From: a virus
Lineage: Duplodnaviria; Caudoviricetes
DNA: 64,000 bases
IMG/VR virus record: IMGVR_UViG_3300043410_001333
Span: 2,170-66,169 of that record
Strand: one strand, 5' to 3'
Part shown: in pieces, positions 57,861 to 64,000 of the stretch
How the letters are laid out: each line of letters starts with the position of its first letter
Numbering within the stretch: position 1 is the first letter of the stretch
The notes under the pieces: generated by a model
What the model was told of the DNA's origin: nothing
Database searches by the model: none
What the model saw: only the letters and a program-made list of their open reading frames with translations
Program-made: the position numbers and the translations under genes

Positions 57861-58258
57861 AAAAGTTGCTTGACGACGTTACAGATTTTCATATGGCTAC
57901 AGGGGTGCCGGTTTGTCCAACGCCCAAGGTGCCTTCACCAGAACGCGTGAAACTTCGTGCTACGCTGATTAGCGAAGAACACAAGGAAGTGCAAGAAGCG
58001 CTTTTGGGGAATGACCTAGCGGCTATAGCGAAAGAATTGGCTGATTCAATTTACGTACACGTAGGCACAGCACTTGAATATGGCATTCCCTTGGACCGCG
58101 TGTGGGACGAAGTGCAGCGGTCCAACATGGCCAAGGTGGACCCTGTGACGGGCCTTGTGAAGCGACGTGAAGACGGCAAGATCCTGAAGCCTGATGGCTG
58201 GCAGCCGCCGGATATCGAGGGCGTTTTGTTTGGTAAGAAAGGTATAGAACATGTCTGA
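57857..58258 (+). CDS. MazG-like nucleoside triphosphate pyrophosphohydrolase
   Basis: LISEEHKE..KELAD..EVQRSNMAK..REDGKILKP. Confidence 0.85.
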   Translation: MKKLLDDVTDFHMATGVPVCPTPKVPSPERVKLRATLISEEHKEVQEALLGNDLAAIAKELADSIYVHVGTALEYGIPLDRVWDEVQRSNMAKVDPVTGLVKRREDGKILKPDGWQPPDIEGVLFGKKGIEHV

Positions 58259-58580
58259 ATATTTTGACTACCGTTATCGGTTCCCGCTGTCGGGTCTTGT
58301 CAAGGCGCTGTCCGTGATGGACGCGCTGCGGAACGCGAACCTGATGTTGGGCAACCGACCGCTGAACATGCTGGGCGGTCCGCTGGATGAACACGCGGAA
58401 CCGACAGATGCTGACACCGCGGCATTCCTGGGAGCGGTGCAGGACGGTTATGTCTACGTCCACGTGCGCAGCGTGATCCGGCCTGAACTGGTGCCCGACC
58501 CGACTCAATACGGCATGGAGCCGGTCAGCAAGCAGGATTCAGCCGCTGTTCTTGGCGTGTGGGCCGGGGACGAACTGTAG
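58251..58580 (+). CDS. hypothetical protein
   Basis: 109 aa, coupled to the upstream gene. Confidence 0.6.
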   Translation: MSEYFDYRYRFPLSGLVKALSVMDALRNANLMLGNRPLNMLGGPLDEHAEPTDADTAAFLGAVQDGYVYVHVRSVIRPELVPDPTQYGMEPVSKQDSAAVLGVWAGDEL

Positions 58581-58583
58581 TTT

Positions 58584-58628
58584 TATGCGCCTTAGCGTAT
58601 ATTTGATAGATATACGCTAAGGCGTATA
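58584..58628. repeat. long intergenic inverted repeat
   Basis: 15-bp perfect arms CGCCTTAGCGTATAT/ATATACGCTAAGGCG, ~21 bp with G-U pairs. Confidence 0.85.
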
Positions 58629-58803
58629 CTAGTAGAAAAGAAGCCTTATGTGACTGACCTTATCTTGTTCGCCGCTCTGTGCGGCCTACTCGCTATCCTT
58701 GCGTATTCGTATTGGTTCTGGACAAATTTCAAGTAACTCTCGCTTGATTTGTCCGCAGGAACGGTGCTATGCACAGACTTATCCACAACAGGATCAATCT
58801 CTC

Positions 58804-59955
58804 ATGCCCGCAGCGGCTCCCCTGACACTTGACGACTTGCGTGCCCGACTGAACAAGGCCAAGCCTCCTACTCCCCCTCCCGACACTCCGAAGACGCCGC
58901 CTCCTTCCTTGAACGAACGCGTCGAAATCACGTCGCTGCGTTCGGCCAACAATGATCTGAAGCGGCGCTTGGACGAAACCGAAAAGGCTCTTGCGACCGA
59001 GCGACACGTCAACAAGACGATCCTTGGTATCAAGGAAGGGCCAGTCCACCCTATTGTCCTGCCGCCGGTAGTTCACAGCGGCGGTTCACCAGGAGTGCCG
59101 ATGTTTCTGTGGAGCGATTGGCACGTGGGAGAATTCGTAGATCCTGAACAGGTATACGGATACAACGAGTTCAACATTGAAATCGCCAAGCGGCGTGTAG
59201 AGCGGCTGGTCAACAAGTCCATCGACCTTGCCACTACACACGTCACGCATCCTGACTACGAATACGCCGTAGTGATCCTCGGTGGGGATTTCGTCAGCGG
59301 TTGGTTGCACGAAGAACTGGTAGCGACGGATTGCTGCACACCGCTACAAGCGGCACGCTACGCGATTCAGATGTTGTGGGGGGCACTACAGCGCATGGCT
59401 GACGCCTTCAAACGCCTGACGGTAGTCTGTGTGCCCGGCAACCACGGGCGCCTCATGAAGCGTCCTCCTGCCAAACTGGGAGCCTATCAGGCGTTTGATT
59501 GGCTGATCTACGGAGCGCTGCAGGACTTCTTCCTGTCTGATACTCGCATGTCGTTCATCGTGCCCGCAGAAGGCGACGTGGTGTTGAACGTCGCCGGTAC
59601 GCGCTACCTGATTATGCACGGCCATGAACTAGGCGTGAAGGGCGGTGACGGGCTGATCGGGTCCATCGGCCCGATGATGCGCGGCAGGTTGAAGGCAGGC
59701 CGTGCAAACGCCTCCCTGGGCCGAGACTTTGATGTCTTGGTGCTGGGACACTTCCACCAAAGCATCTGGCTTCCAGGCAGCGGATTGATTGTGAATAACA
59801 GTCTGATCGGGTACAGCGAATACGGGCGTCAGATGCGGTTCGTAGCTACACCGCCCAGCCAGACCATGTGGTTCAGCCACGAGAAGTATGGGCCGATCCG
59901 CGGCGATCAGATTTTCCTTGAGGATAATGTTGACAAGCCGCTGCTGGTAGCCTAG
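58804..59955 (+). CDS. calcineurin-like metallophosphoesterase with N-terminal coiled coil
   Basis: SDWH, GGD, GNHGR, HGH, GHFH motifs. Confidence 0.85.
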   Translation: MPAAAPLTLDDLRARLNKAKPPTPPPDTPKTPPPSLNERVEITSLRSANNDLKRRLDETEKALATERHVNKTILGIKEGPVHPIVLPPVVHSGGSPGVPMFLWSDWHVGEFVDPEQVYGYNEFNIEIAKRRVERLVNKSIDLATTHVTHPDYEYAVVILGGDFVSGWLHEELVATDCCTPLQAARYAIQMLWGALQRMADAFKRLTVVCVPGNHGRLMKRPPAKLGAYQAFDWLIYGALQDFFLSDTRMSFIVPAEGDVVLNVAGTRYLIMHGHELGVKGGDGLIGSIGPMMRGRLKAGRANASLGRDFDVLVLGHFHQSIWLPGSGLIVNNSLIGYSEYGRQMRFVATPPSQTMWFSHEKYGPIRGDQIFLEDNVDKPLLVA

Positions 59956-59958
59956 ATA
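59930..59958 (+). promoter_or_regulatory. sigma70-like promoter
   Basis: TTGACA-N17-TAGATA at the end of the phosphoesterase gene. Confidence 0.55.
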
Positions 59959-59964
59959 GGGGTC

Positions 59965-60045
59965 AGCCCTAGTCGGGAAGGGCGGCTTGCTCCTTCACCG
60001 AATCCCGACAGCCCCCGGTTTGCCAGAGCCGGGGGTTTTCTTTTG
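59965..60045 (+). ncRNA. candidate ~80-nt small RNA
   Basis: Bounded by promoter and terminator; GTCGGGA/TCCCGAC stem; no ORF. Confidence 0.4.
60011..60044 (+). terminator. intrinsic terminator
   Basis: GCCCCCGGTT-N6-AGCCGGGGGT-TTTCTTTT. Confidence 0.85.
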
Positions 60046-60175
60046 TCAGGCTTGAAGTTCGCTAGACCAGTAAAGCCACGACGCAAAATCTTCCTTGGTG
60101 GCAGGATCAAGGAAGTCCAGTCCCGCGCGCAGCAACTCCATAGTAGTCGGTTGGCGTGGCTGTTTCAACGTTTTA

Positions 60176-60244
60176 ACCTGCGCGTGTGAATCGAACACAC
60201 CGTTACGAGTTTAGAACACTCATGCCGTTCCCAGCGGGCGCAGG
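60176..60244 (-). tRNA. atypical tRNA, best read as Arg(TCT), short D-loop
   Basis: Acceptor CCTGCGC/GCGCAGG; T arm GTGTG-TTCGATT-CACAC; anticodon arm TGAGT-GTTCTAA-ACTCG; 4-nt D-loop. Confidence 0.6.
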
Positions 60245-60254
60245 ATAGGGGGTA

Positions 60255-60326
60255 TAGACGCGGCCGGGGTCGAACCGACGACATCAGCCGTGTAAAGGCT
60301 GCGTTCTGCCACTGAACTACGCGTCT
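60255..60326 (-). tRNA. tRNA-Val(TAC)
   Basis: Full cloverleaf; CAGCC-TTTACAC-GGCTG. Confidence 0.9.
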
Positions 60327-60404
60327 TCACATTCATGTATTGACATTAGCAGGTAGTAGGTGATAAGACAACATATATCTTAACTACATGTTGTTAAAAT
60401 TTAT

Positions 60405-60935
60405 ATGAAAAAACATCCAGGTTCGTCAATATGGTGGGCTTCTTTGCCTTTAGCGGATCAAATATCTTACAGGGTAAGTCAGAGCGAAAACGGAATAACT
60501 ACAGGAACCACTCAAACCCGTAGAGCGCGTCAAAACGCAAACAGTTACTACAAGCGGCATACGGACGACATACAAAACCTATCACCCGCCGCTGTTCGTT
60601 TACGTGTTATGGAAGAACAAAATTTTGCGTGCGCCGCGTGTTCTATTAGAGTTTGGATGAACAAACCTATCATATTAGAATTAGAACACATAGACGGGAA
60701 TAACAAAAATAACACTAGGCACAATATACACGCTTTGTGTCCTAATTGTCACAGTATGACACCGACATGGCGAGGGCGAAACAAACGAACCAAAGTGTCG
60801 GACGAAGAAATGAAAATAGCGCTTAAAGAAGAAAAAACCATCCACGCCGCGTTGTCTAGACTTCATATGGCGGCAAAGGGCGGCAACTACAAAAGAGCTA
60901 CACGTCTACTACGAGAAATATTAAACGATATGTGA
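60405..60935 (+). CDS. HNH endonuclease inside the tRNA array, opposite strand
   Basis: CAAC..LELEHIDGNNKNN..NIHALCPNCHS; AT-rich; TTGACA at 60340. Confidence 0.88.
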   Translation: MKKHPGSSIWWASLPLADQISYRVSQSENGITTGTTQTRRARQNANSYYKRHTDDIQNLSPAAVRLRVMEEQNFACAACSIRVWMNKPIILELEHIDGNNKNNTRHNIHALCPNCHSMTPTWRGRNKRTKVSDEEMKIALKEEKTIHAALSRLHMAAKGGNYKRATRLLREILNDM

Positions 60936-60936
60936 A

Positions 60937-61018
60937 TGCGGGCAACAAGATTTGAACTTGCACGCTCTAAGAGCAAAGGATTTTAAATCCCCAGCGTCTA
61001 CCTTTCCGCCATACCCGC
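60937..61018 (-). tRNA. tRNA-Leu(TAA)
   Basis: GGGGA-TTTAAAA-TCCTT; long variable arm GCTCTTAGAGC. Confidence 0.9.
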
Positions 61019-61029
61019 ACAGGAAAGTT

Positions 61030-61097
61030 CAGCGGTTGTTGGAATCGAACCGACCAGACTGGGGTCAAAGTCCAGCACACCCCCAGGGCGAACCGCT
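61030..61097 (-). tRNA. atypical tRNA-Gln(TTG), shrunken D-arm
   Basis: Acceptor AGCGGTT/AACCGCT; loop CTTTGAC; T loop TTCGATT; one mismatch each in the anticodon and T stems. Confidence 0.65.
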
Positions 61098-61110
61098 ACA
61101 GAAAAAGATA

Positions 61111-61182
61111 TGCCCGCGGCAAGGTTTGAACTTGCGACCTTCACTTTACAAAAGTGCTGCACTGCCACTGTGCTACACGGGC
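61111..61182 (-). tRNA. tRNA-Thr(TGT)
   Basis: Full cloverleaf; loop TTTGTAA. Confidence 0.9.
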
Positions 61183-61183
61183 T

Positions 61184-61281
61184 TGGTTCGGAAACCCCCA
61201 CTTCTGCGCGTCCACAGAACGGTCCTGTTATTTCAGGACTGGCGTATATCTGGGCGTTCCCTGATACAGTGGCCGGAGGCA
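61184..61281 (-). ncRNA. unidentified structured RNA inside the tRNA array
   Basis: Closing stem CCACT/AGTGG encloses three hairpins; ends ...GAACCA. Confidence 0.45.
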
Positions 61282-61287
61282 TGTTTA

Positions 61288-61360
61288 TTGGCGGAACCGG
61301 ACTTGAACCGATACCCGAACTGTTATGAGCAGTTTGCTCTACCCATTAAGCTATCCGCCA
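61288..61360 (-). tRNA. tRNA with CAT anticodon (Ile2 or elongator Met)
   Basis: Full cloverleaf; AACTG-CTCATAA-CAGTT; discriminator A. Confidence 0.85.
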
Positions 61361-61407
61361 TCAGTGTGTATGCTTGTGTATCTACAACTCCTTCCCGTTG
61401 TTCTTGT

Positions 61408-61436
61408 TGTTTACAAAAACGCGGTCGGTCCGTCAA
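61408..61436 (-). promoter_or_regulatory. promoter for the tRNA array
   Basis: Minus strand TTGACG-N17-TAAACA, ~50 nt before the first tRNA. Confidence 0.5.
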
Positions 61437-61469
61437 CCTGAAAAATGATCCCGCTCGGGAACACACTCG

Positions 61470-61718
61470 TCACCACTCCGAATACCCTGGACCAGTCAGC
61501 GCCTTCTTACCCAACTCAAACAGCCCCACCGTCTGCAACCAGTCTGCGCGGCCCCAACTGAACACTTCAATCTTACCGTCCTCCGTCATCAGAACAGCAG
61601 CACCACGAACGACATTTCCATAATAGCCCTCCCGCAGCGCCTGAGCGATAATTTCCATGCACTGCGGGATGTCGTTCAGATTTCCGCCTGGAAATTCAAC
61701 GAGTTTAACGTCTGTCAT
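61470..61718 (-). CDS. hypothetical protein
   Basis: ATG 61718 coupled to the upstream stop. Confidence 0.55.
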   Translation of the reverse strand: MTDVKLVEFPGGNLNDIPQCMEIIAQALREGYYGNVVRGAAVLMTEDGKIEVFSWGRADWLQTVGLFELGKKALTGPGYSEW

Positions 61719-61993
61719 GGCGCGATTTCCGTGTCTATCTTTTCGCGATACGGGTTTTCCTTCCATCCGTCACCACCGCACATACTACACGTAACTTCCA
61801 ACACGGTATCGTATCCTCCCGCTAATTCTTCAACGCCGCTACCAAAACAAGACGGACATTGATATAGATCTTCTTCGTCGCTCCCGAAAAATGGCGACTC
61901 CCACATCGGACACGACGCATAACGTTGCTCACACTGGCTCCAGTTATTGCCACTAGTAGCGCCGCATTTAGGACAGTATCGCACTCTGGTCAC
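61715..61993 (-). CDS. Zn-finger protein
   Basis: CPKC, CPSCFGSG..CSMCGGDG. Confidence 0.6.
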   Translation of the reverse strand: MTRVRYCPKCGATSGNNWSQCEQRYASCPMWESPFFGSDEEDLYQCPSCFGSGVEELAGGYDTVLEVTCSMCGGDGWKENPYREKIDTEIAP

Positions 61994-62313
61994 GGCAACA
62001 CCCTACTGACCGGACCACCGCTGTAGTTCAGCCGCTGTAGCACCTTAATGCCATCTTCCTGCGACAGATCCGGCCAGATATGTCGCATCATGCGGTCAGC
62101 TTCATCCAGCGACACGTACACCCCTCGCGCCTCCTTCTCACCTTTCCAGGCTTTCAGGAACACAGCGGCGGCTTCCAGCGTTTCGTCCATGTGTTGATCC
62201 CAGCAACGGTTAAATTCGTCTTCGGTTAACGGCTCCGCCACAACAGTCCACTGTGCCGCGCGGGCCTTTAACTTTTTTGGACCGTCAACAGCGCGTCTAG
62301 GATTTTTTACCAT
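61990..62313 (-). CDS. hypothetical protein
   Basis: 107 aa, coupled to both neighbours. Confidence 0.6.
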   Translation of the reverse strand: MVKNPRRAVDGPKKLKARAAQWTVVAEPLTEDEFNRCWDQHMDETLEAAAVFLKAWKGEKEARGVYVSLDEADRMMRHIWPDLSQEDGIKVLQRLNYSGGPVSRVLP

Positions 62314-62555
62314 TACATCCCCAACGCACGCATATATACATCCGTCAGCGTCTGCTGTTCTTCGGCTTCCGCGCTGTCCAACTTGCGCATCCGGATCACC
62401 AGCCGCAGAACCTTGGGATTGAATCCCGATGCCTTCCCTTCTGCGTAGATGTCCTTGATATCGCTGCTGATCGAACGCTTTTCTTCTTCCAAACGCTCAA
62501 TCCGGTCAATCAACGACCGCAGCCGATCCACGGCTACTCCACCAACGTCGGCCAT
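62313..62555 (-). CDS. gapR: GapR (DUF2312) nucleoid-associated protein
   Basis: LRSLIDRIERLEEEKRSISSDIKDIYAEGKASGFNPKVLR..IRMRK..Y..ALGM. Confidence 0.92.
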   Translation of the reverse strand: MADVGGVAVDRLRSLIDRIERLEEEKRSISSDIKDIYAEGKASGFNPKVLRLVIRMRKLDSAEAEEQQTLTDVYMRALGM

Positions 62556-62731
62556 AGGTTTACCTTTCCTGTGTCAAGAATTTCCTGAGTCTTTATAATA
62601 TGGTCGCGCAGAGTGAGCAAATCGTCAGGTTTTAGTTTACGGCTAAGGAACATCGCTACAAACATATCTTGTATGTCTAGCGCAGCTTTCAAAGCCTTTT
62701 CAAGTCTGTCTAACCGTTCATCTATATTCAT
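62534..62731 (-). CDS. hypothetical protein
   Basis: 65 aa, helical; AGGA RBS. Confidence 0.5.
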   Translation of the reverse strand: MNIDERLDRLEKALKAALDIQDMFVAMFLSRKLKPDDLLTLRDHIIKTQEILDTGKVNLWPTLVE

Positions 62732-62732
62732 T

Positions 62733-62921
62733 CTATCCTACTTTCAACTGACCTGCCGCGATCTGCCGCAGCCGCCGGGCTACTTCACGCTTACCATTCT
62801 GCGGTGGCACATACAGAACGCCTACCATGCTACCCATACGCGCCCGTTGCCTGCGGCGGCGCTTGACCATCTCTATAGCGTGCAGTTCCTGCGCAACAGC
62901 ACGCCCGATGCTAATGACCAT
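62733..62921 (-). CDS. Arg-rich hypothetical protein
   Basis: NGKREVARRLRQIAAGQL; coupled to the upstream gene. Confidence 0.55.
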   Translation of the reverse strand: MVISIGRAVAQELHAIEMVKRRRRQRARMGSMVGVLYVPPQNGKREVARRLRQIAAGQLKVG

Positions 62922-63364
62922 CAGAAATCCCCCTCCGCTACATGCGCCACGATCAAACCGCGGCGGCGAAACATGTCTGCTACACGCTTGCGATCTTCAA
63001 ACACCAACTTGGGCTGGTATCCCATCAACAGCAGCGTGTCCAACATTTCTTCCTTCACGATGTCGTCGTTGCGGTGGTCGCCTTCCTTGCGCATGCACAA
63101 AGTAATAGACTCTGCATACGCTGTTACATGTGCGCTTAACCAGTTGATCGTGGTATTTCGCAGCCGTTCTGGACGGCCAGTGCAAAAAATAATGTCGTGA
63201 CCAAACGAGTAAGCCGCGCGAAGAATGTCTTTGATAGGTTCTATCACTGCGTCGTCTATCGAATCATCATAAAACGCATCCCAATCCTTAGGCGTCTTTT
63301 GCAGATGATGGATACGATGCGACGTATCGGCCAGCGTGCCGTCGATATCGAATAGTATGTCCAC
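62921..63364 (-). CDS. HAD-family phosphatase (like the phosphatase domain of T4 Pnkp)
   Basis: FDIDGTLAD, CTGRPE, MR..DHRND..VK, VFEDR. Confidence 0.85.
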   Translation of the reverse strand: MDILFDIDGTLADTSHRIHHLQKTPKDWDAFYDDSIDDAVIEPIKDILRAAYSFGHDIIFCTGRPERLRNTTINWLSAHVTAYAESITLCMRKEGDHRNDDIVKEEMLDTLLLMGYQPKLVFEDRKRVADMFRRRGLIVAHVAEGDF

Positions 63365-63480
63365 CGTCTATTCCTCTATATCTACAGGACAACTGTGTCT
63401 CAGCGCTATCAACACCGTAGCGGCTACGCCCAGGAGAAACCCCCAGAACATGTAGAACGTCGCCGTCAGGAACGCTGACA

Positions 63481-63648
63481 TCAATCTTCGTCCTCGTCAT
63501 CGTCGCCGTGCAACTGCCGCATAACCTCGTCGTAGCCTTCCCAGTTGTCCACACCAGCGGCGTACAAAGCCCGCAACTCGTCGCGTGCTTCGATCAAATT
63601 CTTGAACTGCCGTTTGGGGATAGTAACCGTTTCCTGATCGTCGCTCAT
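63481..63648 (-). CDS. small phage protein with GVDNWEGY motif (55 aa, not in ORF track)
   Basis: AGGA RBS, ATG 63648, MSDDQETVTIPK...GVDNWEGY...DED*. Confidence 0.65.
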   Translation of the reverse strand: MSDDQETVTIPKRQFKNLIEARDELRALYAAGVDNWEGYDEVMRQLHGDDDEDED

Positions 63649-63664
63649 ATTGCTTTTCCTAACA

Positions 63665-63910
63665 TCAGAACGGAATATCGGTATCTATTTTCTGTGCGTC
63701 AGTACTGTCAGCAGCATCGTAACTGCGAACAAGATCCAGCGCGTCCTTCACAGTCATGCCTACGCGTAACGGTCTTTCTGTGCCGTATAAATGTACATAC
63801 GACCATTGTTTATACTGGTAGTCTACACGAATGGCCTGAATGTCGTTGCGCCGGACAACAAGCGGAAATTCTCCGTATGTGCCAGGAAAATACAAAAAAT
63901 CGTCGCTCAT
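63665..63910 (-). CDS. hypothetical protein
   Basis: 81 aa ending in DTDIPF, an SSB-tail-like motif. Confidence 0.55.
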   Translation of the reverse strand: MSDDFLYFPGTYGEFPLVVRRNDIQAIRVDYQYKQWSYVHLYGTERPLRVGMTVKDALDLVRSYDAADSTDAQKIDTDIPF

Positions 63911-64000
63911 GTCAACGCGCCCTCACACCATACTTGTCACGAAGATAGTCCGCTGCTTGCTGCGGGGTGTATTTCTTTTGCGCACTGACATAGCCTATCG

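Noticed and set aside
50322-59955. Hypermodified-base pathway (dZ, 7-deazaguanine, hmU)
   Set aside because: ThyX, kinase, RNR and MazG fit ordinary dNTP supply; no PurZ, Que/DpdA or hydroxymethylase recognised.
60176-60244. Amber stop-codon reassignment suggested by a possible CTA anticodon
   Set aside because: Genes are intact under code 11, and several (polymerase, 14327 ORF, phosphoesterase) end properly at TAG; the TCT pairing is better.
60952-61623. 223-aa ORF and other ORFs over the tRNA array
   Set aside because: Shadow translations of tRNA genes.

Overview
A 64 kb segment of a tailed dsDNA phage genome, probably podovirus-like. A gapR gene and the GC content suggest an alphaproteobacterial host. 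No integrase, primase or endolysin is visible, so the genome extends beyond the window. Layout: (1) 0.2-38.2 kb, + strand: packaging, head, tail and ejection proteins, including a terminase split by a -1 frameshift, portal, GroES, scaffold, major capsid protein, several fibres/spikes, ejection proteins with a lytic transglycosylase, and holin-like genes. (2) 38.3-47.5 kb, - strand: replication genes (family A DNA polymerase with an intein, Acb2/Tad1-like protein, SSB, Cas4-like exonuclease, SNF2 helicase, RusA). (3) 47.6-60 kb, + strand: DNA modification and nucleotide metabolism (two MTases, ThyX, dNMP kinase, Fic, DEDDh exonuclease, class II RNR with a mini-intein, MazG-like protein, metallophosphoesterase). 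(4) 60-64 kb, - strand: a six-tRNA array and small genes including gapR. The most striking observation is that two complete HNH endonuclease genes lie inside other genes on the same strand but in a different reading frame, and the host frame stays stop-free across them. One fills the endonuclease slot of the DNA polymerase intein. The other sits in a loop of a DNA methyltransferase behind its own near-consensus sigma70 promoter. All product calls come from motif recognition by eye; no database searches were run.
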